A stretch of DNA of 64,000 nucleotides. Source: Ylistrum balloti (taxonomy: Eukaryota). This document shows, piece after piece, positions 1 to 13,700 of the stretch. Where the stretch lies: NCBI RefSeq assembly GCF_031769215.1, contig NW_026782401.1:186001-250000 (forward strand). The letters run 5' to 3'. Below the pieces are notes generated by a model. That model saw only the letters and a list, made by a program, of their open reading frames with translations. It had not been told where the DNA came from and did not search any database. The translations under genes were made by a program, and so were the position numbers. Position 1 is the stretch's first letter; each line of letters opens with the position of its first letter.

Positions 1-1730
1 ATATTCGGGAAACCATTATCATGATCAAGCTCAGTTCTTACTTATTATATCATGAACAGTTTAAAGACAAACCGAAACATTAAAAATAACATTACACTTG
101 TAATCTTCTCAAAATTCCTTGAAATCATTGAAACAATATATTGCTGCAGATACCAGATTCGTAAATAAAGTAATTTTAGTTTGAGTACAAAATATGTACT
201 TGAGTACGGTTTTAATGGTTATGTTCACCTTATACTCGGTCTGATGTCTCCGTGTAAATATTTCCTTTGCTCTTATTTTGACATTGTTTCATTAAATTTG
301 AGTTTGAGTTAAGATTCTGTTGATAGATCAGTATCATTATCAAAGCAAAGACAGTGTGATTTTCCTACGATATGATTCCTTTAGCATGTTATTGTTGTTA
401 AATTTTTAACTTTTAAAATTTACAAAGTGTAAAAGAGTAAATTTCTACAAGGATAGTATATTTAACAATGCGTCTTTAACTTGATATTAATAGTAATTTG
501 ATACTTACGAAAGTGTAAAGTGATGGGAAACTGTCTTAGTTGAGCTTGATTTGTATGTTTTATTATAACGATTCCAATACAAACAAGGCATGTCGATATT
601 GTTACCCATTGATTATCAAAAATGAATTAAATATTCCATAGATATTGTAAAGTTTCCAATATGAATCAGATAAGTCAGTATTCTGATGTTTTGCTATTCT
701 AATTGTTATATTGTCGAATGATAATCTAATATTTCTTATTTCAAAATTGCACCAAATGAATTTAAGGTTTTCATTGTTTTTGGTGGGATGAGTTCGTTTG
801 TTTCTTGAAACATTGTATACTTTCACTTGAATCACACAGACAGTTTTACGCTTTCATTGCCATTCATCAAAAATAATAGAAATCCGTAATTTTAAGTAAT
901 TATGTACAATGTTCATTTACAAAAGATATATCGTCCTTCAATGTCATCCCAATATGCTCTCAATATCAACGATCACTTACTTTCTTAATGAAACATAAAC
1001 CTTTTACTACCATTTACAGTAAATAATATGAGTTTTAACAGTAGTCGTTGTGTTCTGCGTTTAAGAGAACACTTCACATGATTTGTATTGTTTTAAAGAC
1101 CTTGCATTTTTTTATTTCAATGGACAAAAATGAAAAAGTATAATTTCCCTGTACCATACTATACTATCACTTTAATACACAATGGTCTTTAAATAAGTTG
1201 TTATATCATCTGTGTTCCGTTTAAAATACGAAGATGAAACGATAGTAATTAGTGGAGGTTACCGTCTTTACAATATTCTAGTAGCTTTAAGGGTTCTTAC
1301 GCCGAAGTTAACATTTTCAAGAACATTAATTTTGATACATTCATGTGAAACGTAGAAGGTAACAAAGTCATAAGGATGGTAGTCTTAGATTTAAGTCAAC
1401 AACGTGGAGTGTTAATAAGATATATTCCCCTGTTCAAGTCTTTAGGTGCTGGTGGTCATATTTTCCGTTTAGTAGTTATTCTCTTTTCTTTTTGTTTTGA
1501 ATTTTCATTACCCTGAAGCAAAGACTTTCATTAAGTAGCTAGAGTAGTGCCTTTTTACATATGACAAGGGATAAGATCAGAGAAGTCTTCATTGTCCTTT
1601 TAATGTTCCGTAAAATTTACCTTAAAAATCTACCCGAGGTGATAAAAGTGATGATATTTTGTACTCTTTTTTTGTGTAAGATTACTATATTCTCTAAAGA
1701 AACATTCTCTGTGTAAAGGACATCTGGATG

Positions 1731-1948
1731 TTAACTGTATTTATTCATCTCCAAATCTAAGACCAACATCATTTTGTTACTTGATTGTTCAATACGATGC
1801 AAAAATGTCTTCCAGTCTTTGCTGTTTCGATTCATGTATTAATTGTATTTATTCATCTCCAAATCTAAGACCAACATCATTTTGTTACATGATTGTTCAA
1901 TACGATGCAAAAATGTCTTCCAGTCTTTGCTGTTTCGATTCATGTATT
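1731..1948. repeat. Near-perfect 108-bp tandem duplication (2 copies)
   Basis: TTAACTGTATTTATTCATCTCC...CGATTCATGTA at 1731 recurs as TTAATTGTATTTATTCATCTCC... at 1839 (GACCAACATC at 1761 and 1869), with only a couple of substitutions. It explains the internally repeated ORF 1781..1990. Confidence 0.95.
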
Positions 1949-3840
1949 GCACTCCTCTCACGTGTAGTGAAACAAATGCTTAATAAGTAAATAAGTATTT
2001 CTGACGTAAATGTAAATCAATCACCATAGCAATCTCAATTTCGATGAGTCACCGAACAAAAATCTGTAGCTATGTTTCTTTTTTATATTGATTCAAAACT
2101 CTAGGGTTTTCATTAAGTAGCATATGATAGCCAGTCCGCTGAATTGATATCTAACAGTTGGAACCAATTGCAATTTTATCTGGCTCTTAAAAATATCATA
2201 TGAATTATTTGATTTCAATTTTCAACAAATTAATTGATGAATTTGGTCATCTGGTATTGACTATGGCCAGCTGAATATGTATCTCATAAAGTGACAACAA
2301 CATTTATTATTGATATTTTCTTTTAATTGAAAAAAAAACTATTTGAATCACAAGAATGTTCTCTACTCACGGTGAATGTAAATGATTCATGTGAATGAAA
2401 TCTATGCTAATCTCTTGGAATGAACAAATTATTTATTTTCTAGTAGGAATTTATATCATTTCAGTATCGATACAAGTTTAAATTAAATTCTATACTGATT
2501 TGAAATAAATAAAATAACGAGGACACGAACTCTAAGTAAGAAAATTGAACGAGAAGCTATGCGATAAGTACTTTATTATATCCACTTTCACATTCATGTT
2601 TGATATTATGTATGTTGTTTTTAGACTTGCTTATGTTGAAATAAATCTATTGAAGTGAAATGAAGTAAACAGATATGAAATGTAACACCGCATCAGCAAC
2701 GCCAGTTTAGAACATACAAAAGATACAAAGAACAAAAATCAAAACCTTCAGAAACATATTTTAAGTAAAAATAACATCACGACAGCAACCCGTTTCTCCA
2801 AACAATCAAAAAATCAAACGGAACAAAAACAGAGGTAAATCGTTTCTTCAAAGAAATGTAGAACCTGTTGTTATGTAATCGTAAATTGCTATCTAAAGCA
2901 TACAATACTTAAATCGGAATACTTTAGTATTCTGAAACTCCATAATAAATTATGTGTTATTCTCAAATGTCAAAACCATTGTGTAAATATGACAAAAGGA
3001 GGATAAATGACTTTTCGTTTTCATAAGTTCTGTGTGTGGTCTATCTGGTATTTTAAGCGAGACTTTTAAGACGCGATATTAACAGAAACATGGTAACTAC
3101 TATTATTAAACATTTATCATGAAATATTTATTCTCTATTTGATTTTCTAGACATTGTTAATTTTAAAGCAGAACAAAATCTAAATAAGAGAGAACACCAT
3201 TTTACACATTTAGTAAGAACAAATATTACAAATATATTAATTCTATATTATAGGATAAAAAGCAGATTGATGTTGATACGAAGTGCTGCAATAAAACAAT
3301 TGCAGTTATTCAAGAAATGCATAAATGTATGGTGGTGGCAGTTTTCATCACGAAAATCAGGCTACATTTCCTTTATAAAAATCACTCATCTATTTTAAAG
3401 AGTCGAAGTTTGCGATGTCTCGGAATTCAATGATTATTTCGATGAAAAATGGAATAAAAGTATATTTTTCTTTTAAATATTCTGGTTACGTGTTAAGCTG
3501 TACGAGCGCCATGGCTTATCGCGCCCTCGGCAGTTATCATGTATAACAGTATTGCTTCCTTTTATTTTAGTGCCCGAGTTATTTGTATTTTACAACTCTC
3601 CAAATAAAAGCATGAAATTGATAACATTTATATTAGGACTAAATATTAGCTAAAGGATATGTTTTATTATAATGCATAAAAGTCTCATTTGACGAAAGTA
3701 TGAACATTATTTAGAATCGTTAAAACACAACGCAAATGTGAAAATGTGTTTTATTTGTTGATCTTAATGCTCATTCATTATCTGAGTATCTATAGTTTCC
3801 TGACATTCATTCAGGAGAAAGGCAAATATACGAGTCGTTT

Positions 3841-4230
3841 ATAGGATTGCTAGGCAGAGAGGTATATCGAGATGAAGGATATGGTATGGATTGGTTTGCT
3901 GACTTACAAGTCCTTTGATACTTTCCACATAAACCAAGAAATGGACATTATATGGATAATGTGATGGCGTTATCATACAACAGACAATTTATCCACGAAT
4001 GGGAAAGATGTGTCCTATAGAGAATTATATGGTGATAATGATGGCGGATACCAAATAACAGAAACGAAGACTTTTGGTCAAAGGATAGTCATTGATAACT
4101 CTTTGATCTTCTCCAATATTTAAGTGGGAGACATTTTATGTGTAATCAAGACATCAATATTCCATATAGATAAAGGTATGGCGAGTTCAATAAATATTAT
4201 CATTAACTATCTAAAACCAAATTTATCTTA
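3841..4230 (+). mobile_element. Decayed CR1/L2-like LINE reverse-transcriptase C-terminal relic
   Basis: Broken translations WFADLQVL (FADD-like), IVIDNSLIFS (cf. LGVIIDNKLKFS), ILCVIKTSIFHIDK (cf. ILGLIRRSFTYLDK) and YLKPNLS (cf. LVRPHLEY) occur in the expected order, with stops and frameshifts. Family assignment is from recalled consensus motifs. Confidence 0.55.
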
Positions 4231-7200
4231 ATTTATCTATAATTAAACAACTATTAAACTGACCACAGATAATTACTTTTCAATTTAGACTTTATAGATA
4301 ATAGCAAGGGTTAAATACCTACTTACACGTATTGTTAATGAATAATTAAGACCATTGGATGCTTTGTTATTTATCTATCTTTTTGTCATGCAAGATTTTG
4401 ACTTGTTAGCTGACGTTGAAGCTTGCAGAAAATCCCACAATACTCACAATATTCAATAGACTCCCAAGAGGAGGACAACACTCCTAATTGGTCCACTGAC
4501 ACCATGTTTTGCTTGAACGATGCACATGCTGCAATAAAAGCAGTATGAACACACACGCGCAACCAGCGATCAATTAACAGTTGATGCAAACTAGCAGCAT
4601 GTTTTATAGTATGATGCAGTTTACAATTTTTGTTTTAAAATCAGACGTATTATTTAATTGTTCCCATTCAACTCTGTAAAGAAGTAAACATACATGCTGT
4701 CCAGGAATTACAAAATGGTCTTTTATTTAGTTATTGAGAATCTAAAGGATGGGATTAATGAGACTTGTATTAAATGAACATTTTCTGTTTTTTTTTTATG
4801 TTACAAAAGCTGTATATTGGTACTTGATTTCATTATTTTGTCATAATGCTTTCGTGATAATCTTTTGCAATCGGAATTATTTATTAATTAGAATGTATAT
4901 ACGAAAACATAATACTTACAAAACAATAACGAAGATATTTGGATAAATACAGACAGTTTTCTAGTCTTTCACGTTTTTTGCAGTATTTTGTTATCCAATG
5001 TAAGACTGATGTTCAAATTGTTTTTGCGGTATTTTTGATAAATCGACAAATTTGATTCTTCTGTAAACGATATATTACGTAGCTCAATATCCCCACGTTA
5101 TTCATTACCTTAAGACACATGTTACCCTCTACTTCACATCTAATTCACACATACATATCTTTTCTAATTATTTGAAACCAACGGCAGTAGTATTGGTGAT
5201 CAGAGTTTACAATTTTTGGAAATACCTAGTACTGCTAGAGCTTATTTCCTAGGGAACTACTGTGGAGTGGACTAAGAGACTACTTTACATACACATGTAT
5301 TATAGGTTTGTTTATCCGATAACTGATGTAAAATTTACATTTTTCATTGCTTATCAACAAATAATAATAAAATAATAATATAAAAAAAAAAATGAAAGTT
5401 ATAAGTCAGTAAGTTACCAAATGCAAAAAGAGAAATGTCATATAAATATAAATATTCGGTTTCAACAGTTCAACTAAAGTATTATACATATTTAAAACAA
5501 ATCGTCTCCTGATATCTGAAATTGTTCTAGACTGAGGTCCGAAATTTTGATTCCCGAAGACAAGACGAAAATATCAAAATGAAATCGTACACAAATTTAT
5601 TTCATATATTTTTAAATGATAAAGAATTATTAGGAAAATCAAACCATTTTTTAGTCAAAATTTATCTAACATTAGAAGTATCATATCGCTTATAACTTAT
5701 ATTTATAGATAAATAGATAAATAAAAAGTACATATTTCGTTTTACAAATTATTCAGAACAAGGTGATATACAGCATTAAGATATATTGGTCTCGTGAGTA
5801 GATGATAACATTTTCGTCAAATATGTGTACGTGTCCAAACAAACAGGTGTTTATTTGAAAAAAAGTAAACTACATTAAGCACTGAAAATAGCATCATTGC
5901 TTTATTAAACGTTACCGTTATACTGTTGTTAAATATTTATCAAAAGGTTGAAAAATGAATCCTTTATATTATTCTGCTATGCGGTAGATTTGTAATATCT
6001 CTTTTTTGCATAAACCGAAAATACTGCTGTATAAGATACCTATCGTAAAATTTCATATGATGATTTCAAACAGCTATATGTTATCGTTGCATCCAAAACG
6101 AGTCTCTATTGTCGTACAAGACGAGTGTGGAATAATAAGCGAGATGACACTCACAAAAGTGTGATTTAGCTTTTCTACTCCATCCATACTATCAAGGAAA
6201 ACATCTCATTACTTTTGTAGTTCATCTAGGTATCAGATCGTCAGCGTCGCATCAAAAACGTCATATGTTTTTCCCATTAACACAAAGATAATGTTTTGAA
6301 TCAGTAGAATTTTATTTCTTAAGTAGAAATCTAAATGTACAAATGAAAAAGAATATTTCAACGATGGCGAAATAAGATATAATAAGACATTTCTTCAAGC
6401 GGTATGACAAAGGTAAGGTTTTATTAGGTCATTTCTATCTCAGTGTTAATGGACATCGATCACTAAAATATCCGACTGTCAATGATTGGCGACAGATTTT
6501 GATTTTTAAAATAAGTTTCAAACGATATGAAATCAAATTTTGAAAAATAAATTTATTTATCTAAAGAGGAAGATTTGTTTTTGATGTATAAGTGTTTATT
6601 TCCTAATTTCTTCACAAGACGACAAAATAGTTTTGTTTTGATAAGATTATCCGTAAAACTTTAAAGATCCCTTTCCAGTTATTCCATTAACACAGATTTA
6701 TATTTGGAAATAATGTAATTGTGTATACAGTAAAATAACATATTTCATTGTTTATTAGATCATAAACATGCTATACTTTACGACTGCCCTGTTTTGGTAA
6801 TATCTTTAGCATTTCAAATAGAAATATTTCAGAAAAATGATCGTTGAAGTGATTTTATTTGTTGACGATTTACTTTCTTTTTCGAAAAATTCTATGTTAT
6901 GTACCTATCTTGCAATTTTATCGGTATTTAAATTTTCAATTTAACATTTATTTTATTTTTGAAAACATTTTGCTATCGTTAATCTTGCGCTGTTGTCAAG
7001 ACAAGAAATCTATGTACAATTTCAATGAATTTAATGTTAATTTACAATAACGATTCCAAGATATTAAGGATATCCAATGGTGTAATTGGCCACTTAGATA
7101 TATTGGATTATTTGATCTGATTTTATGAGGAAATGAAAGGTAGCTATTCACAGGAAGCTTGAAAAAATGTTACGTTGCTTAACTCTGTGATTCAAAACTC

Positions 7201-8126
7201 CATTTATCGTTACAGTACACACGCTTGCAGAAACATTCAACATCATCAGCGGGATCAGAGATACATCATGCTTAATTAAACGATGAATGGTAGAAATGAA
7301 TACAAGTCTTCTTTATCTGTGAAGATACAATTTGTGTTTGGTATTTCATATTACAAAAATATATATGGATCGCTTTCTCGCTCCTTTAACGTGGGTCACA
7401 CTAGTTTTAATCCCAGACAAGATGAATTTTGTATGTATTTAATTTCTGGGGTGTATAACAAGTCAAAAAAGATTAAAACAATGGCAGAACGGTTATACTA
7501 AAGTATGTGATATATTATAAATGGTTAAATTTTATTCCTAAAGTAATCACAAAATTCAGCAAAATATTATATTGGTTTATCATCGACAATATTTACATTT
7601 TTATCTAATACTTCAACATCCATACATTTGCGCTGACATTATTATGATGTTCGGGTTTCCTGGTAACAGAATAACCAAATTGTGAAAAAATGAAAAGTTC
7701 AACGATTTAAACTTGAGTTTCACATTTGTTACAAGTTCGTTTGAAAATCCTATTATATTGTACTGTTTGGATAACCAAACGTAGGCAAGATATTTTCAGT
7801 GTTAGTTGTTAATATAACCATAATACATGCATACTATTGTGTATTTCCCATCTTTGTTATTATAAAAGATGGCTTGTGCTGAATTTTGTGGCTAGTTCCT
7901 CTTCACTCATTGCCTAAAATTTTTGAGATTGCAGGCGACAGACGCTACTGATGGACATTCTTGCCAGAATTTAATTCATTCAAATTGTGGCACGTTTCCG
8001 AAATGCTCATGTTCTTGACATTCATCTGAAATGGGGCTAGTGCATCTCCCCACCTAGATTTAGACATTTCTTTCCAACTCTTTGGATTTTCCGAAGAAGT
8101 ATCCTACGTTTCAAATTTTGGACTCT

Positions 8127-8174
8127 TAGCATCACTTACCTGCCCAAGAAGGACGAAACATCTGTATGATTCAT
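8127..8174 (+). ncRNA. Degenerate minimal type I hammerhead ribozyme relic, copy 1 (probably inactive)
   Basis: TAGCATCA-CTTACCT-GCCC-AAGAA-GGAC-GAA-AC-ATCT-GT-A-TGATTCAT. It retains GGAC-GAAAC, a 2-bp stem III, a GUA triplet (8164-8166) and part of stem I. The CUGANGA box is mutated. 32/44 ungapped identity to 9959-10002. Confidence 0.6.
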
Positions 8175-8959
8175 TGCTTGGATCTACTTCATTTGATGTT
8201 AAATTTGTATTAAAATGTGCTGTTTACATGTATGTGTTTTTTGGTACAATCTGCTAAGTGTAGTGTTTTGTGAACAGGAATCAGATTGTGGAGCCTTAAA
8301 CACAAACTACATGTCTAATCGGAATTCAAGTATCTTCAGAGTCATTCTTTAAATCTAAAAGCAATATTGGGAGAAGAGCTAGATAAGTTGTAATAAGTTG
8401 TGCCTCATCCCTTGTTCCAAGTTTGACAATACATAGGTTTAAAAATAATGTTTAAATATAAATCAAAGGAGGAAACCAATGAGTAAAGAAAATGGTGGTA
8501 TTTTTCAATGTTGAGTACTAACATGACGTCACAACCAGAATCAAGGTTTGTAAGTTATTGGTGACTGCTTGCCAATACATTTTGTGTATTGGCTTGTTTT
8601 TACTCTTTTCACAAGATTTCAATTTGCTGTGAGTTCATTTGGTCCGGGTATCTTATGTCATGTTTCAATAATTGATCGTGGTACTTAAAGATTTAAGATC
8701 AACTATCAAGCTGTAACCTAAAACAAACTGAACCAGGAGTGCCCAATCACAATATCGGAAAGTAGGAATTATTAGGTTATGTGCAGTCTGTGATTATTCC
8801 GTTCGTTAATTCATTTGTATCATAAAACAACAAATATCAACTGACATCAATGTGTAATGATTTGAAACATTACGAAAACAAAAAGAAAATACCGACATGT
8901 TAACGAGATCTTATTTAAAACAGTTCAATGAAACAACTGAAAAATAAGAACGAAGGAAA

Positions 8960-9020
8960 TAACATCGAGTATAAAGAAAAATAAGATTGGATGTTCCAGA
9001 AGGGTTAGCGTTCCATGGTA
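8960..9020 (-). mobile_element. Short copy of the PLE-associated 3' motif
   Basis: The minus strand reads GGAACGCTAACCCTTCTGGAACATCC, similar to the motif that follows the PLE RT relics at ~10605-10640 and ~30060-30105. Confidence 0.3.
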
Positions 9021-9958
9021 ACTTGTAACAAATTGCAATAAGGCTTTTGCTATTTCAGAGGTTTTGTTTTCCGAGAATGATAATTAAATTATGAATTGTA
9101 AATATGATAGAGAAAACCATAAAAAGAATCCGTTTCTTATTCTTTATTATAAGCTCAAGTAAGGCAAATCAAAACAATACAATGCCTATTTAATGCTTAT
9201 AGAGAATCACACTTAGTACATATAATAATATTAAAAATAAAATTTCATTCCGATACCAATTTGTCTGTATGATACATCAGATGTAATGTACAAACATGAC
9301 AGTTACTTTTTTCAGATCTTTCAGTTTAACGTCAGATCTTGCAGACATAACTCATACTTCCATCATCGATCGAATAAACTCTTTTAGAAAACCATTGCTG
9401 CATCAATTGTTCTGTTAAATTAATCATTTTAATAAACGCCCTTATCTACATCGTTCTTTGGCGAAAAAAGCAGAATATTTCGATGTTTATTGTTTTCGTA
9501 AAGGAAATAGTGACATAGTCCTTTTGGAAAAGAGCAATCAGCTTGTCATAGAATTAGGAATGTATGTATAGGATTGACGGAAACAGCTACTGTTTATTAT
9601 TTTTGTTAGAAAAAAATATTGCATTATTTTAGGAAATTTATTTTGTATGTGGTGTAGTTTTAAACAAGGTGTTGCTTCTAATTGCTTTTCTGATCTACAG
9701 TGTGGAATAGAAAATAAATTTTTCAATCAAGGCAAAGTAAAACAGCAAGAGTACTTTTCTCAGTTGCTTTATTCATAACTTGTGCATATTTACTTGGTAA
9801 ATCGTAAATGGCAGTAATATTTGAAGGACAATTTTGAAAATTGAATTCTGTAGTACAAGCAATTATCAATATAATGCTTTAAGGTTCATATATTTGTCTG
9901 AATTAGATGTGTCTATGAGTGATAAAATTTTCCCAAAGTTTTTATGGTTTGAGTATCC

Positions 9959-10006
9959 TAGCATCAGTGACAAATCTAAGTAGGACGAAACAGTGATATG
10001 ATGTTA
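9959..10006 (+). ncRNA. Degenerate minimal type I hammerhead ribozyme relic, copy 2 (probably inactive)
   Basis: TAGCATCA-GTGACAA-ATCT-AAGTA-GGAC-GAA-AC-AGTG-AT-A-TGATGTTA. The flanks TAGCATCA/TGATGTTA form a full 8-bp stem I (one G-U), and GGAC-GAAAC is retained. The core box and G16.2 are mutated. It lies just 5' of a same-strand PLE relic. Confidence 0.65.
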
Positions 10007-10289
10007 TTATTACCCCTTTACTGTACCGCATGACAAATTTGTATTGAAAGATGGTATTCATTGGTGTGGCGTTTGTAGTCATATACCTCCCCCGAAAAAT
10101 TCGTTGGCAAATGTATTCCATAGAAATGAAATAATGACGAGATCGAGGAGGGGCATGAAAAAACAGATAACAAACCAGTTTTTATGTGACGGATTAAATC
10201 TGAGGCCGTCTGTCTTACACATGCCATATTACTTCATTGTACAACGAAAGAGCTCAAACAAAAGTAAATAATTTATTTAACAGATCACA

Positions 10290-10720
10290 TCTCCATAAGA
10301 CTAAGAATAGAAGGAAGAAAACTAATTCGTAAGTTGGATAACTTAACAAACAGAAACATAAAAACATGTAATGAAGTCTTAATTACAGTTGACAGCTGAC
10401 TCATTAAACAGAGTTTCAAAAGATGTCGGTTGATGAAAACGATGAGGAAGTTTTACGGTCGTCATAATGATCCAATTGGGGAATATTATAGTTCCTTATG
10501 CGATATGAAATTGCACATGCTTGTTAGTATACCTGTTCCATTGACGTTTACCGTGGTCTAATATGGGCACGCAGCTTTCCATACTAATGTTTACAAGTCG
10601 TCGACAAAGCAGAATACGCATCCTCTGTTGGAACATCGGTATTTTCCTTGTACTTTTTCAGCAGTATTCGTGCAAGTCCTCCTTTTGTCAATTTTTTAAT
10701 CTCGTTTACTGAATTCGACT
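10290..10720 (+). mobile_element. Penelope-like element (PLE) relic: RT C-terminus plus 3' region
   Basis: The frame from 10400 reads LIKQSFKRCRLMKTMRKFYGRHNDPIGEY (cf. bivalve PLE LLKQGF...LRKFYGRHHDLVDRY). It is followed by AGCAGAATACGCATCCTCTGTTGGAACATC, resembling the family 3' motif. Confidence 0.6.
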
Positions 10721-13700
10721 ATACATCATGATTCTGTTAACATATTAGTGTTTCGATAATGATTGGAAAGAGGGTGGCAGATGAACAGGTTTAATACTGT
10801 TGTAATCAAAGAATAATTAATTTAAACAGACTAAACCAAATATAAATGGTTGCTATTTTTCTACATAGGTTTTGCGTAAAAAACTTTAAAAAAATATCGA
10901 CATACTAACAAAAATAACTATTCAAACTCAAATTCAATGAAACGAGATCAAGAAATGAGAGAAAGACAGATGTACACGAAGGTTTTGAAAAAGCACCAGA
11001 AGACAAAATCAACCACACTTAAATTCGAATGAAAACAAAACCTCCATTGTTTTGATTTTACGATTTTCCGAAGAGGAATGATACAATGTTCTAAAGAGCT
11101 CATATAGAGATCAAGGTCATCTTGTTAGCAGACTGCTGATCATTAACGTCATAGAATTATAACTTCCGGTAGAATGAGGTAATTTGCGCTTTATATTGTA
11201 TTGTCACATGTTGTGGAAAAGAGATGCTGTTCTTGAATTAGACCGAAGGAAGAAAATATGCGTGCGAAATCAAGTGTGAAGAAGACAATAAAACAGTTTT
11301 AAACCCATTGCATGTGATTTTAGTGTCGACATATAATGAACCATCACTAATTTTGACAAGTTACAAGAGATAAATCATTAAGATATACTTTCATGTCAGA
11401 GTCATCTCGAATTCTTGACTTTTCAGTTCCGGAAGATGTGCTTATCATCATTAGAATGTTGTGCTGTGCCAAATGGAAGAGCATTTTTTTCTTTCTTTTT
11501 TTATTTTGAAAATCTCTCATCATAATGTTTTGATGAATGAGACAGCTTCATTCTGTGGCTTTGTTTGAAAAATCGTGTTACCTGCTATCGTCTTGTAATC
11601 TCAGGTAGACTCCCTGATAGTTGATGAACTTCTTCCGAAACATTTCTTTTTGGTTTGTTAGTCATACTAACATCTTAAGTTAATTTAACTTGGTAATCGT
11701 TCAAATCTTAAATACGATACTATCTATTGCCTTAAACTTTTAATCATCTGTCGACTGGATCGTTTGCTTTAGAAATTACCGTCAATTTAAATGTTCCATA
11801 ACATTTAATACGCGCCTTCATTATCCCGATGTAATTGAGAAGCCTAAAGTCAGAGAGACTAGTCTTATTGTCCCTTTCCACCAACATTTAATAGAAATAG
11901 ACCTTTAGTACATTTTAACACCAGAAAAAGAATTCAAACACTGCTATGACTTGCAAGAAGTTACAAAAAATTATATATCTCAATAATTAATTCGTATGAA
12001 TCAATCGGGAATTAAAATTACCTCCTTGATTTGCTCCGGAATTCCTCCTCGTTTGGCCCCTCACAAGAAAACATCTCATTATAAAGTTAACCACGCAGGT
12101 CAGATATAATGACCTATAATCACTTGAATGAGAAAAGCTGCCTTAGATCACAGGAGGTGTGAGAAAATGACATTTACTAGAATAATTAAGTTTTTCATTT
12201 GACAAACACCTTCACCTAACCAAGCATTTCCTCTTTCTACAATCATTTCAGTTTACAAATACGGCTTTTGGAAAGAATATTTTTATCAATGTGAAACGTG
12301 ATGCTTTTTATGCTGATTGATGTCGAATGTTTTCGTTTTTTGTAGCTTTTGACATTAGATTCAAAGTGATATTTTGTCGTTTGTTTGTGGTATTGATTTA
12401 TTTGTTTTGTCCCCAGCGTTGGTGATAATGCTGCTTTTTCTATCTTTATCAATACGACTTTTCCCTAACGATGTTCTGGTGCGTACTACATTTATTCCTT
12501 GTTGTTGCTTGTATTAAATATATTTTTTGTCTTGAATTTGTTAATGTTCCTGCATTTATTTAGCTGTTATTATCATTGCTGGTTTTATTTTGACCGCAGT
12601 AAAATGATACGGTAATATCATATCAGGGTTCTGGATTCATTGCTTCCATCCGCACATCATAACCAAATTTGAGTGTCACTTATGTAATGTCAGTTATTGA
12701 CATATCATGATACCCTTAGTCACGATCACATACATTTTCATCGAGATAAAGAACGTTATCAAGTTAATATATCCTTATATTGACATATGTTTTATAGAGA
12801 TTTTTTTCAGTATTTTTACATCTTGTGATAATTTTCCGAATTTTCGTAAAACAAACAAATTTCAATTTGTGCTTTGAAACTGGCGAGCTTTCGACTGGTC
12901 TTAATGACCATATCAATAGACTGCTTAATGTATAGTAGTCCAAACAACCTCATCCAAACACACATTTCTGGTATCTTTTAACAGAAAAAAACTATAATGA
13001 TTGAGAGCTGATTTCATTCCTTTTTAAGAATTAACAAAACAACATTGATAATAGAATTAATGCCTCTTATTTCTGCAACGCTTTATTTGTCATGAATGAA
13101 CCAACTAAGACAAAATAATGGTCATTGTTAATTGTGACGTCATTCCAGGCCTGCTATTTTCACCTATCAATACATTATGAATTATCCTAATATTTCTTGA
13201 CTGCAAATCTCTATAAAGTCATGACGTCTTTTTCAAGACATTCTAACAAATATACTGTCTTGTTTCATATGTTTCCATTTTGTAAAAAAAAACTTGTGGG
13301 AAAAAAACCAAACAACCTGAGCCTACAGGAAACATAAAACACGCTGAATAAGCATGATATATTAAGAAAATGCAATATGCAAATATGTAATGAAGAATGA
13401 ATATGAAGATATTACTTTTTTTTTTACATTAGAAGAAAATTGTTATCATTGAGATGTAGATATTTATCGATGATTATTTATGTATGATATGCATATTTTA
13501 TTTATACCACACACTTCGAACTAAAGGAAACGATGCGTTTTATTGATTAAGATGAAAAAGGATACGTTTAAAAGGGAAATTTTATTTCCTTTCAAATGAT
13601 TCTAAATTCTATATCGTTTTGATACACATACTTAAATATATGAATAACACTGTTAGGATCCAGTTGCAGCAAATAGCTGACTTTGATATATTTAATATTT

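Noticed and set aside
10044-10271. Gypsy integrase zinc-finger fragment
   Set aside because: The similarity is superficial (GH..KT, C..C absent) and the surrounding sequence fits a PLE better. Neither assignment is provable by eye.
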